The notes: a model not told the origin generated them from the letters alone. A stretch of 64,000 bases of DNA from Candidatus Marinacidobacterales bacterium (GCA_965226495.1 OZ245365.1:185403-249402); one strand, 5' to 3'. Numbered from the stretch's first letter, positions 44,501 to 52,610 are shown. Numbers and translations: made by a program.

Positions 44501-47500
44501 GTCCGCGGTGAGTGTGATGCTGTGGACAGGATCGGTGATAGAGCCGTCGATGATGACGGGAGCATTGAAGGGACTGTCGGCGTACATAATGCCGATCTCT
44601 TTGCGTCCCTCGGCGACCAGATTTCCGGATGCGACGGGAAAGTAAACGCAACCGCCTCCACCGGAGATGCAGGTCTCCCACTGCGGGAGCGTACCGAATT
44701 GCCGCGAGATTGTGTACGTGCCCGAGAAGTTCCCCGCGACCGGCGTGGTCAGGGTTAGCTGGGTTTCCGAGTCGACCGAAAGGATCGTGTAGTCCATGTT
44801 GTTGATATCGATACGGTCGCCGCGGCCGCGGTTGGCCGTTTGCCAGTTGGTCCCGGTCCCCGTCACAACAGACGAGCCGTCTGTTGCAGTGATGGTACCG
44901 GCGACGTAGTCGGGGGCATCTCCGATAGAGCGGAGGTTCTCGGTGGCGACCACCTCGTCGGCGCCCATATCCCAAAACCCTAGGCGGGCTTGGTCGTCGA
45001 CGTCGTTCGGGAAGGTCGGCGTCAGGTCGGTGCCGGCGTTGATGGCGTTGGCAGTCGCCGCAAGGTGCAGGTCCTCGAAACCGTCGGCGGCATTTTTGAA
45101 CTCTAGGGCATTCTCGCCGGTGATCGAGGTCGTCCCCGGTGGGTTGTCCAACGCACTCGCGTCCGAGGACATGTTGAATTGGAAAGTCGCATTGGCTGGC
45201 GGTGTCGGAGGCGTATGACAAGTCTCGGCTCCCAGGATCCCGGTGTAGGCGCAGTAATCCTGAAAAAACCCGGAGCCCGCCGTTGTGACGCCGATGACGA
45301 TGTTGTTCCTGACGTTCCGTTCCGATGTGTCGGGGACCACGATCCCGTAGACGTTGGTAGACGAAGTGGCTTGACTATTTCGGACGTTGTAAAGGGTATT
45401 GTTGTAGATGAAAGTGTTGAAGGCACCAACATTTTCGTCGACGATGCCGTAGACGGTTCCAGCGTCGTTGGAGGAGACGATATCGTAGACGAAATTGTTG
45501 TAAACATAGACCGGATTGGCCTGACGAATGCCGATTCCCCTTGCGAAACCCGTGGTCCCTTCGACGTCGTGGACGATCAATTGGCGGAGAGTGACATCGG
45601 TAACAGGTCCGTCGATACGAATGCCATAACCGCGGTCCAAGCTGCTGTCCCTGTCGCCATCGATCTCGAGCCATTCCACCGTGGTGTAATCGTCGGAGAC
45701 AATGAGAAGAGGACCGTTGCTTCCCGTTGCGATCACCCGGGCTCCGGTTCCCGCGATACCGACGTGACGTTGGCTCACGCCGCTTGCCACATCGGAGGCG
45801 CTGGCCACGGTCAACGTCAGTGTGTGCGTGGCATCGGTTATGTAGCCGTCCACGACCACTTGCGTGGCCATGTTGAACGGAAAGCTGTCGTTGTAACAGA
45901 CCCACGTGAGGTTGGCGCCGGCACCGGTGCCAGTTAGATCGAACGTCGTCAGATGGGCTGCATCTCCGGAGTTGGCTTCCGCGTCGAATAGTGTATTGAA
46001 GGCGCGTCGGATGGCATTGACACCAAGGCCATTTACATTTATGGGTGCGGCGCCCGTCGCGGTGTGGACGACGAACTCAGTCTGGCTGATGACGGATTTG
46101 ATGTAGGCCTTGGTGTTCCCGATGTCGTAATCGATTTCGTCTCCCACCCCGATGTTGCCAGTTTGGGCCGAGGTTAGGGTCGCGGTGCCGTTGGCGATGG
46201 TGATGCTCGGCGTACCGGTCTTTAGATCGGCGGTCTCCGTACCCACCGAGTAAAACACGTCTCCGCCGGTCACCGGGTCTTGGGTGTGCGTTGCGTCGGA
46301 GGTCGAGCCGGACTCGACGACCCCTGACTCAACCACATCGATGTCGCTCAGGCCGAGGTAAAAGGTGGTTGTGTCGCCTACCGCAAGGTTGGCGACGGTG
46401 GCGCGCACGAGGTAGTTCGTGCCTACAGTCGGATCTTCGCTAAGGGAGTTGAAGGCGAGGACGCCGCCGGTGGGAGACACGCCGCCCTGGACAAGAATAT
46501 CGCCGCCGTCTATGACACCGTCGTTGTTCGCGTCGCGATAGAGCTCACCGCTCGAAACGTCGCCGCTGACTACACCCCCGCCGGTCGTGAAGTTGACTCG
46601 AATGTTGGCGACGGTGACCGGGCCGGTGCGGCTGAGGTTGAAGCGAAATAGTACATCGGTAACGGGTGTCGTTGTCGTGAATCGGTCTCCAATCTGACCG
46701 GTGCCGTGGTCGGCCAAGGTCAGGGATGCACCGCCGGCTACCGCGAGCTGGACTTGCGCGAACACCGTGTAAGTGTCCAGCACTTGAGAGTTGGTGGCAT
46801 CGTAAAGACGGAAGCAGTAATCGCCGCCGTCGGTGGCGTTCGTGGTTGCCTGCACTGAGAATTCAATTTCAGAAAACTCATCGGGTGCAAGTGTGATGCC
46901 ACCGGTCGTGTTGCCGAGGTCCTTGAGCTCACCGGCAACGAAGGTGGTCGCCTCGTTGGTGAGCCCCGGGCTAATGTCCGACGTCGGTTGGCCATCGGTG
47001 ACGAAGGTCGAGTCGATCACTTGCCAGTGGTCGGCAGAGCCGGTGGGGACGGTGGTGTAGGTGCCGCCGCTGCACACGGTGGTCTCCGCAACCTGAAGCT
47101 CGTAGTTCACAGCTCCAGAACCGCCCCCGCCCTCATTCGAGACCTCCAAGCGGACCCGTTTGATGGTGTTCTTGGCGAGACCGGTTAACCTAGTGTCTTC
47201 GGCAGCCGCAAATGTCGCGCCACTTCCACTCCCGAGGTTCTGCACAACGAGGGTACGTTGGTGCATGGTAGCGTTGCCACCGGTGGTTCTCCAGCGCACG
47301 TCGATCGTATCGCTGGCTCCCACCCCGATGACATACGCATGCGTGGCAATCGGGAAGGAGGTGGCAGCAATAGAGTCTTCGGTGAATATTTGTCGCGGCG
47401 TATGGGGTAGCTGAACACCGTTGACGTAGATCGAAACGTACTGGGTTGTGTTAACTAGATCGCCTTCCATCGAACCGCTGAACCACACGAGATACTGACC

Positions 47501-50500
47501 CGCGCCCGGAGTCAGTGTCATGCCCGGGACGAGAACATCGCTGGTCGCCGACGTCGTGTCGTCGCCAGTGGCGGTTGCCTGAAAGACGTCGACGGGGTTT
47601 ATTTTTTGCACGACCAGCGTTCGCTCGTGCATAGTGGCCGTGCCACCCGTCGTTCGCCAACGGATATCGATGGACTCGCCTGCTCCCAGCCCGAGGATTC
47701 GCGCGTGCGTCGCGACCGAGAAGGATGTATCGGGTATAGACGCTTCCGTGAAGATCTCCCGCTCGCTGTCGGCGATCTGCGTTCCGTTTTGATAAATCGA
47801 GACGAATTGTCGGGTGCTGGCGGTGTCGCTTTCCACCGACCCGCTGAACCAGACGAGGTAGTCGCCGGCGCCCGGTGTGATGGACATGCCGGAGACCGGC
47901 ACGTCGGCGCCGCTCGTCGTCGCGGTGTCTAGTACGACGGCCGCCTGGGACGTGTCCGCTACATTGACAGGCTCGACCACCAACGTACGTTCGTGCATCG
48001 TCGCGGTACCGGCATCCGTTCTCCAGCGGATGTCGATGGTCTGGCCGGCGGTCACTCCAGTGAGCCTCGCATGCAAGGCCACGAGGAAAGACGTGTTGGG
48101 AACGGAGCTATCGGTTGTGATCTCCCGCTCAGTATGTCCGACCCGTGCTCCATCGAGATAAAGGGAGACGTGTTGCGTGCTGGCTGCGGTGCTCTCGACG
48201 GACCCGCTAAACCAGACGAGGTAGTCACCGGGACCAGGCGTCAACGTCATGCCCGACACCACCACGTCGGTACCACTGGTGGTCATCGTATCCGCCGTCG
48301 CACCGGCCTGGATCGCACCGCCACCGGTTGGCTCACCGCCATCATCGTTCCGCCATCGGTAATGGATCTGGGTCAGGTCGGGCGTCGAAAGCGTGGTGGT
48401 GCCAGAAATCTCGACCGAAGTAGCCGGACCGACGCTGGCCGAGGTCGCGACGACGTCCGTGGACGGGTCCCCGATGCCGATCTCGACCGTTTCTCCATCG
48501 ACTGCTGCGGGACCGACGTCGAAGACCACGTACACCACCATCGAGGCAAGGGTGCTGATCGCCACCGAGCCGGTAAAACTCGACGTCCCGTTGGCGGCGC
48601 TGAAACCATCCGTGTCGGTCACACCAAACTGAGCTTCCGTCCCGGTGTAACTTTGGCTCGCACCGTCAAAGGGAGCCGTCGTGTCGAGCTCGTAGAAGAG
48701 CTTGATGTTACTCAGATTATTGAGGGCATCGACGGTGCCGGATTCGGCGATCGTGATATCCGTGATGTTGTGGGAGCCGGTGTTGTCGGTAATGACGAAC
48801 TTGCCGCCCACGTATTGGTCGGTACTGGGGATCGGCATGACAACGGTCTGCGTGCCCGATGCGCCGACGAAGATATCGTCGCCGGCCAATTGGGCTTCCG
48901 CGTAGACCGTGTAGGTATCGAGAACCTGGTTGTTGATGTCGTCGTAGAGACGGAAACAATAATCACCGCCACCGGTGGCGTTGGCTGTTGCCTGAATGGA
49001 AAATTCGACTTCCGTGAACTCGGCGCCGTCAAGCAGCAAGCTTCCGGTCGCGTTGCTCGTATCCTTGAGCTCTCCGGCGACGAAGTTCAAGGCTTCGTCC
49101 GTCAGGCCCGGACTGATGTTCGCGGTCGGTTCACCATCGGTGATGAATGAGGAATCGATGATCTGCCAATGCCCGCCGCTGCCGATGGGGACACTGGTGT
49201 AGGTTCCCGCGGCACAGGTCGCCGTCTCGGCTACCTGAAGCTCGAGGCTGACCGGCCCCGGGGCCGGGCCCCCTTCGTTTGAAACTTCGAGTCGAACTCG
49301 CCGTATGGTGTTCTTGGAGAGGCCAACGAGCTTGGTGTCCTCTGCGAGGGGAAACGTCGCCGCGGCACCGGTGGCGTATTCGATGTGAAGAAGCGGAGCG
49401 GCTGACGGATTGTCGTCGTACGACTCGGCAATGCGTGTGCCGGAGCCGGTCACGATGATGGCGAGTGAATTCCCGTTGGCCCATCCCCCGCGGTTGACGA
49501 TCTGTTGAATGATCGGAGAGAGATCCGGAGTTCTCTGGTTGGGTCCGGCCTCCCCGACGAGCGTCCACGCCGGGACGCTCGTCCAGGCTACCGAGGCGCC
49601 GGTCTTGATTCGGGTTGTAATGTCGCCAAGGCCCGTCGTGAAGACCGGGGCATTGTCGATGTCTTCTCCCTGGAAAGTCAGATTGGTTAACACGGAGCTC
49701 GATTGATCGGCTCCGAACTGGATATAGGCACTCGTAATGGTGGCGCTCGGGGGAACGGTAATGTTCTGGAACCGCAAACCGACTTCCTGAAAGGCCGCTC
49801 CGTCCTCGACGAGCTCGAGATCGGCATTGACGACGCTGACCGCACTGGTACCGGTATCTTCCTCCGCGTCATCGTCGCTTTGTGACACACGGACTTCCAC
49901 GACCGCGATGCCCTCTCCACCATCATCATTGCGCCAGCGATAGTGCGCCTGGGTGAGATCGGGAGGGGCGGGCACGAACTCGTCCGCACCGATGTCGGGG
50001 GAAAAGGGATCCCGCGCCTCTCCATCGATATCGTCGGTGATCGGCAGGTTGGGATCGCTGTCGAGATCGGCTCCGAACAAGGTCCAGAGACTAAAGGAGT
50101 CGCTCAGCAAGTGAAGGTCTTCGAAGCCGGCCGTGGTGTCGACGAAGTAGGACGCGTATGCCGATTGGTTGGTCGCACCAACCGCGGTCCCGTCCGAGGA
50201 GACATTGTTGCTTTGAGTGATCGTGCCAACAAAGCACGCTGCTGACCCAAGACCGGTCACCGCGACATCCAGGACCGCGGTGCTCCTGACGGTGACGTTA
50301 CCTACGCTTCTAAAGATGCCCCTGGCGTCCCGGTCATTGCCGGTGTTCTTGATATTAAAGATGGTGTTGTTATGGACATAAATGTTGGAACCCGCCGAGG
50401 CGCTGGTTACGTTCACAGCAAAGACATCCGCAACGGGGTTTGCTGTCGTCTGCTCGAGGTCATAGAGGATCGAGTTACTGAGCTTTACGTTACCATTGTC

Positions 50501-52000
50501 GATATCCAACCCGTTCACATCGGCGTCGCCACCACTGCCGTTCTGGCTTCGAAGATCATGAATCATGAGCTTGCTGAATCGAATGTCGGAGGAAAGAGAA
50601 ACAGAAGTGTCGACTTCAATTCCCTCAACGGTCATACCGTTAGTCACACTAGAGCCATCGATCTCCACGCCCGTGATACGGACATCATCGTCAAGGATTT
50701 CGATGATTCTTACGACTATCGGTGCGCTACTTATCGGCGCTAAACGGAACCCGGTTCCCGCGGTTCCCGTGTGACGCTGGGAAACGCCCACTTCATTCGC
50801 GCCGGTGGGCGTATAGATATGGATGTAGTTGTTCGGACCCGTCGCATATCCGCTTATTTGCACGATGTCATTCAGGGGAGCGTCGTTGTAACAGGTCCAG
50901 TTGAGCTGGAAGTTGCCAGTAACGAGGTCCGGCGTGTTGAGGTGATTCGCGTTGGAGGAGCCTGCTACCGCTGCCGTCAAGCTGTTGAAGGCGCGGAAAA
51001 TCGAGATCGTCGTGAGGCCGAAACTAATGTTCGAATCGCCAGGCGTCCCGCCGTTCGCGGCAGAGTCTTGAATCGTGAAGACGGTCGACGAAGTGCGTCC
51101 GGTGATGTAATAACGATTGGCGCCTTCCTGAACCTCGTCGCCCACGCCGACGTCGTTGGGTGCAGGGTTCGTGAGAGTGAGCGTCCCCGTCGCCGCAGAA
51201 GCTGTGTCCGAGTGCAGGGTCGTGTTGTCGGTCCCCACGGAGTAGTAGATCGAGGTACCAACCGGCGCCGCCGGTCGTATGACCACGCCGGCCATGTCCC
51301 AGTCGGTTGCGGAGGATGCCGTGTGATCGGCACTGTCGATGCCTGCGGTGGCAAGGGTTCGGTCGTGGACGTATAGGTTCGCACCGTCCGTCCCGCCGCT
51401 ATTCGAGACAAAGGCGCGTTGTGCGTAGGCTGCGTCCTCGACGGTGAGCGTTTGGTTACGTGGGTGGGAAGCAACGTAGAGGACCGAGTCGTTCAACGTC
51501 GACGTCAGGCTCAGCGATAGGTTTGCGTTGTCGATTCCACCAGTGCAGGCGCCGCTTGGTCCGTTGGTGTTGGAGCCGGCGGCACCCTCGGTGGGAGTCG
51601 TGGGGTCTGCCCCCGAGTAACGGCTGATCGCTGCGGTGGCACGTTGAGCGGCCGCGCTCAGCGTGACGACAGTGCTAAAAGCCGCGCCGGGTGATCCGAA
51701 CGCTTGCCAGATCTCGATGCGAGGCTCGGTGAGCCTGGCCGCGCATTGAGTGACCTGCTGAGTCCAGGTGAGGCCGCCGCCACTGATGGAGCTCACATTG
51801 ACGCCGGTCTCGTAGATGGCAGCGGCGGTCACGTAGAGCTGGTCGGTGCCGCCTTGAACGCCGCCGATGTTGAGGGAGCTCGTGGCCGATCCGGCGACGG
51901 TCAGCGTTTCTTGGTGGACGACCGCCGCGTGGGAGGAGGCTGCGGCCAGCAGGCAGAAGGCCGCAATGAGGAAACCGTGTACTTTCCTTGCGACGCTCAT
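38570..52000 (-). CDS. giant secreted modular protein 1 (4,476 aa): beta-helix cassettes, beta-sandwich modules, Fn3/Ig-like module, C25 propeptide-like region
   Basis: A single 13.4-kb ORF. The N-terminus FLIAAFCLLAAASSHA is signal-like. Five cassettes have NN(T/I)(I/V)(Y/F/H)N-type parallel beta-helix turns and each ends in (W/P)D(I/M)GAD(E/Q). It also has three LQVAET...GGDYCFRLYD modules, a triple 122-aa tandem repeat and two ANRGRGDRIDIN modules. The C-terminal region matches the C25 propeptide architecture. Confidence 0.9.
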   Translation of the reverse strand: MSVARKVHGFLIAAFCLLAAASSHAAVVHQETLTVAGSATSSLNIGGVQGGTDQLYVTAAAIYETGVNVSSISGGGLTWTQQVTQCAARLTEPRIEIWQAFGSPGAAFSTVVTLSAAAQRATAAISRYSGADPTTPTEGAAGSNTNGPSGACTGGIDNANLSLSLTSTLNDSVLYVASHPRNQTLTVEDAAYAQRAFVSNSGGTDGANLYVHDRTLATAGIDSADHTASSATDWDMAGVVIRPAAPVGTSIYYSVGTDNTTLHSDTASAATGTLTLTNPAPNDVGVGDEVQEGANRYYITGRTSSTVFTIQDSAANGGTPGDSNISFGLTTISIFRAFNSLTAAVAGSSNANHLNTPDLVTGNFQLNWTCYNDAPLNDIVQISGYATGPNNYIHIYTPTGANEVGVSQRHTGTAGTGFRLAPISSAPIVVRIIEILDDDVRITGVEIDGSSVTNGMTVEGIEVDTSVSLSSDIRFSKLMIHDLRSQNGSGGDADVNGLDIDNGNVKLSNSILYDLEQTTANPVADVFAVNVTSASAGSNIYVHNNTIFNIKNTGNDRDARGIFRSVGNVTVRSTAVLDVAVTGLGSAACFVGTITQSNNVSSDGTAVGATNQSAYASYFVDTTAGFEDLHLLSDSFSLWTLFGADLDSDPNLPITDDIDGEARDPFSPDIGADEFVPAPPDLTQAHYRWRNDDGGEGIAVVEVRVSQSDDDAEEDTGTSAVSVVNADLELVEDGAAFQEVGLRFQNITVPPSATITSAYIQFGADQSSSVLTNLTFQGEDIDNAPVFTTGLGDITTRIKTGASVAWTSVPAWTLVGEAGPNQRTPDLSPIIQQIVNRGGWANGNSLAIIVTGSGTRIAESYDDNPSAAPLLHIEYATGAAATFPLAEDTKLVGLSKNTIRRVRLEVSNEGGPAPGPVSLELQVAETATCAAGTYTSVPIGSGGHWQIIDSSFITDGEPTANISPGLTDEALNFVAGELKDTSNATGSLLLDGAEFTEVEFSIQATANATGGGDYCFRLYDDINNQVLDTYTVYAEAQLAGDDIFVGASGTQTVVMPIPSTDQYVGGKFVITDNTGSHNITDITIAESGTVDALNNLSNIKLFYELDTTAPFDGASQSYTGTEAQFGVTDTDGFSAANGTSSFTGSVAISTLASMVVYVVFDVGPAAVDGETVEIGIGDPSTDVVATSASVGPATSVEISGTTTLSTPDLTQIHYRWRNDDGGEPTGGGAIQAGATADTMTTSGTDVVVSGMTLTPGPGDYLVWFSGSVESTAASTQHVSLYLDGARVGHTEREITTDSSVPNTSFLVALHARLTGVTAGQTIDIRWRTDAGTATMHERTLVVEPVNVADTSQAAVVLDTATTSGADVPVSGMSITPGAGDYLVWFSGSVESDTASTRQFVSIYQNGTQIADSEREIFTEASIPDTSFSVATHARILGLGAGESIDIRWRTTGGTATMHERTLVVQKINPVDVFQATATGDDTTSATSDVLVPGMTLTPGAGQYLVWFSGSMEGDLVNTTQYVSIYVNGVQLPHTPRQIFTEDSIAATSFPIATHAYVIGVGASDTIDVRWRTTGGNATMHQRTLVVQNLGSGSGATFAAAEDTRLTGLAKNTIKRVRLEVSNEGGGGSGAVNYELQVAETTVCSGGTYTTVPTGSADHWQVIDSTFVTDGQPTSDISPGLTNEATTFVAGELKDLGNTTGGITLAPDEFSEIEFSVQATTNATDGGDYCFRLYDATNSQVLDTYTVFAQVQLAVAGGASLTLADHGTGQIGDRFTTTTPVTDVLFRFNLSRTGPVTVANIRVNFTTGGGVVSGDVSSGELYRDANNDGVIDGGDILVQGGVSPTGGVLAFNSLSEDPTVGTNYLVRATVANLAVGDTTTFYLGLSDIDVVESGVVESGSTSDATHTQDPVTGGDVFYSVGTETADLKTGTPSITIANGTATLTSAQTGNIGVGDEIDYDIGNTKAYIKSVISQTEFVVHTATGAAPINVNGLGVNAIRRAFNTLFDAEANSGDAAHLTTFDLTGTGAGANLTWVCYNDSFPFNMATQVVVDGYITDATHTLTLTVASASDVASGVSQRHVGIAGTGARVIATGSNGPLLIVSDDYTTVEWLEIDGDRDSSLDRGYGIRIDGPVTDVTLRQLIVHDVEGTTGFARGIGIRQANPVYVYNNFVYDIVSSNDAGTVYGIVDENVGAFNTFIYNNTLYNVRNSQATSSTNVYGIVVPDTSERNVRNNIVIGVTTAGSGFFQDYCAYTGILGAETCHTPPTPPANATFQFNMSSDASALDNPPGTTSITGENALEFKNAADGFEDLHLAATANAINAGTDLTPTFPNDVDDQARLGFWDMGADEVVATENLRSIGDAPDYVAGTITATDGSSVVTGTGTNWQTANRGRGDRIDINNMDYTILSVDSETQLTLTTPVAGNFSGTYTISRQFGTLPQWETCISGGGGCVYFPVASGNLVAEGRKEIGIMYADSPFNAPVIIDGSITDPVHSITLTADGPNRHYGIPGRGVVFDNTFNLVDAIGVRDDFVTVEWLEIFGGGDPNADGIHVRNQAIFNYVVVRNLLVHDMPRAGITTNDADAVTDIYNNIIYNAGRGIRVDNTLAATAQVRILNNTVHNSSGTGGITSLGGSAVVLLQNNIAHTTAGGNDFDVPNLDPSSSDNLASDPSGILHSPSGGGINVPLVAVSFVNAPAGNLHINPGSAAEGVAFNLSAIFTVDIDDGLRSSWDIGADEVAAIPQELTQVRYRWRNDDGNEVAATWAAPENTKLTGVTKGPIRRLRFQVANGGGTSSGPLTYQLQVAETASCSLGAYSPVPTDNSGHWRVDGSSFVTDGEPTTNVAPGLTDAASTFVTGEVKDAGNTTGGINLDSDEFTEIEFAINATANATDLGDYCFRLYDANGGAPLPVYSVYAAASVAGPASLILADHDLGQIPDQFSTTTPVTTELFGFKLTRSGTVTVDGVQVHFSTGSGVVDGDVTAGELWRDENNNGVIDGGTDTLLQGAVTPSGGVLDFGAILEDPGVTGTNYLVGVTVANLVPGDTTTFSMGIGDLDDVEVGVNRSGSVPDAVHTQDSVMGGDVFYSVGTDTSDFLTASDISITNGTATFTVPQTGDIGVGDEIDFGGPKVYIKTVLSPTQFVVHAANGGVPGDVGTATVVSIMRAFNDLGAAAVGSGDVNHLNNFDLLAAGANLTWVAYNDTPFVSGVAINGYTTDATHFITLTVADASQVVSGNTQQHSGTAGTGVVIDSGGGPGGVIEIFEDFTRLHWFEVTGVKGVLPSGYVITVGAQEVEISHVLVHDFDDAANPTNDGISIADSGAADFYSLAVRNSIIYDGQDRCIQGDQADDTVTVENTTVYGCQSGIHQDLGSSLFISNTISMGNGLDFDVSGGGSFSNNMSEDGTAPGPASLINQIAADQFVNITAGDENNWDLHLIPTSTAISVGTPLGSVLDDIDRQARGTGAGWEMGADETRTVNYRSIGTAADYNAGSIDAFDGSFTVTGTGTSWQTANRGRGDRIDINGTDYTIFSVDSETELTLTTPVVGNFTGGYTISRQFDTLQEWEDCISGAGGCTYFPVAGSDLVFENRKEVGIAYDDSVFTRGVVIEGSTTSPDHDITLTVEANNRHYGIAGTGVVLDSATAPNSEDEVVIDNDNVTVEWLEIQNVRGATGDGGVKVRPATNVLLRFLLVHDSSNGIRLSGTGSKSVIVQNSIVYNNDDSGIEADDAGDLLTVDSSTVIGNGGDGIFADASDVTVRNTISINGGVDFSVTSGSLTQDNNISGDASASCGICFPDRDATDILNPGPAPRNGWVIFQSLGAGTENFHLQNNPAENDAQNNGLDLSGSFIADIDGGARTAPWDIGADQIAATTAVELLTFEAQGGDSAIELRWETGSEVDNVGFYLYRAASESGPYQLVNPSMVPGLGSSPLGASYRYVDSGLVNGQSYFYELEDLESNGVRERHGPVYATPLAGASFDSPTEDVGEDDDGSSSSDEHGITYGNPEQTILRVVKRSRRQVTLELITGGFYAEPQDDGSVRLSIPGFLEDWEPGTPAIPVKRTWLQAVVGKQVKIKSVKAKSVEAFSLRPTSAELLEPVMLPDGTVSLASSAQQPGKAFRGQGLYPESPVHIVSIAFQGDVKKAFLELSPLRWDRSTGQLLLARRLIVKVKFKGKVPGEKSLGGSRGRKRRKKNAGSGNVVANLVTHDSGLYGVSYQSLFGSRRKGIKTKTLNLTYQGEPVAFTVHPNKKQFKRGSRLYFLSGGEELNPYGREAVYVLSVSGGGQRMELGSASPSGLQVGHYWKTLKLEENHLFQGRLTTAPDVWLWDFLLAPVTKAYSFYVENLAPTSESGSLKVWIQGTTDLPTDPDHHVRIYLNGMLLDDFTLEGELPWLSDLSLLPGALLEGQNTLELENVGDTGAAYSRIMLNRFEVTYPSQLVADSGQLRGSFGQSGVAEVTGLTGSSLLLDTTGPMPKWLSGAESF
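47235..48335 (-). repeat. three tandem ~365-nt (~122-aa) coding repeats inside giant gene 1
   Basis: Each unit ends in ATMH(E/Q)RTLVV, at ~47245-47280, ~47611-47645 and ~47975-48005. Units share (Y)LVWFSGS(V/M)E....(Y/F)VS(I/L)Y..G......R(E/Q)I(T/F)T..S...TSF..A(L/T)HA....G.....ID(I/V)RWRT.(A/G)G.ATMH. Confidence 0.85.
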
Positions 52001-52034
52001 TGGCTTGCAGATGTCTCCCGCTGAGCGGAAGACA

Positions 52035-52054
52035 ACGCAAGATATGTGCCGGGA
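52035..52054 (-). promoter_or_regulatory. conserved leader motif upstream of giant gene 1
   Basis: The minus strand reads TCCCGGCACATATCTTGCGT, 34 nt before the ATG at 52000. A near-identical motif lies upstream of giant gene 2. Confidence 0.35.
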
Positions 52055-52133
52055 GGTACGTTCGGTAACTAGTTTTGATTCAATGGTTTGACACTTGGTG
52101 CCGTTCGTGGGGCGGGGGGAAATGCCAACACCC

Positions 52134-52610
52134 TTATGGGGTGTTTTGGAGCCTCATGGCGGGGTCCCCGAAGAGGTGGTAGATGCTGAGTAGCTCGAGA
52201 TATCCACCGGACTCCGCAAACTTGGACTGGGCTTCGAGGACGGCGTCACCGAGGGTTGCGTGTCCTCCATGGAGAAGTTCTTCGAGCAAGAGTCGGTGAT
52301 AGAAGTGAGCGGGTCCATCGAGACTCTCCCCGCTGGGAGAAAAAGCGGCGACGATGCCCTTGCCGTCGGCCTTCAAGAGAGTTTCCGATAAGGAATCGAA
52401 AGTCGGGAACTGGAAGTATCCGTTCAAGCAGTTCATGGTGAGAAGCAATGGGTAGTGTGCGGGATAGTCGAGAGACTCGACGTGGTCGGATCTCAAGATA
52501 TTTTCAGACCATAGATTCATGGCACCGTGGCCGATGTAGCTGACCAGCGAGCCGCCTTCGTTGAAAGCATCGAGAATGCTGTCGTGAGTGCCGGCAGCGC
52601 CCAAACTCAT
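52134..52610 (-). pseudogene. C25 peptidase C-terminal fragment with both catalytic segments (out-of-frame continuation of giant gene 2)
   Basis: The fragment reads MSLGAAGTHDSILDAFNEGGSLVSYIGHGAMNLWS...LLLTMNCLNGYFQF...HLFGDPAM. One extra A in the run at 52603-52605 separates it from the 52504-62004 frame. Confidence 0.75.

Noticed and set aside
47235-48335. Regularly spaced repeats that might suggest a CRISPR array or VNTR.
   Set aside because: The period is ~365 nt, the units are only ~50-60% identical at protein level, and they are in frame inside a giant ORF. These are protein-domain repeats, not repeat-spacer structures. I saw no short (24-48 nt) repeat array anywhere in the window.
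47993-49150. Long plus-strand ORFs inside the giant genes (for example 47993-49150 at 385 aa, 41129-42208 at 359 aa, 58237-59340 at 367 aa, 45179-45937 and 43532-44113).
   Set aside because: They are antisense shadows of the 13.4-kb and 9.5-kb minus-strand ORFs in high-GC DNA. Their translations are Arg/Gly/Asp/Val-rich with no motifs, whereas the minus frame carries repeated, conserved modules.
52127-52145. The hairpin AACACCC-ttatg-GGGTGTT at the stop codon of giant gene 2's last fragment, as a possible intrinsic terminator.
   Set aside because: The stem is only 7 bp and no U-tract follows it on the minus strand (it is followed by GGCATTTCCCCCC). It also overlaps conserved leader block B, which may explain its conservation.
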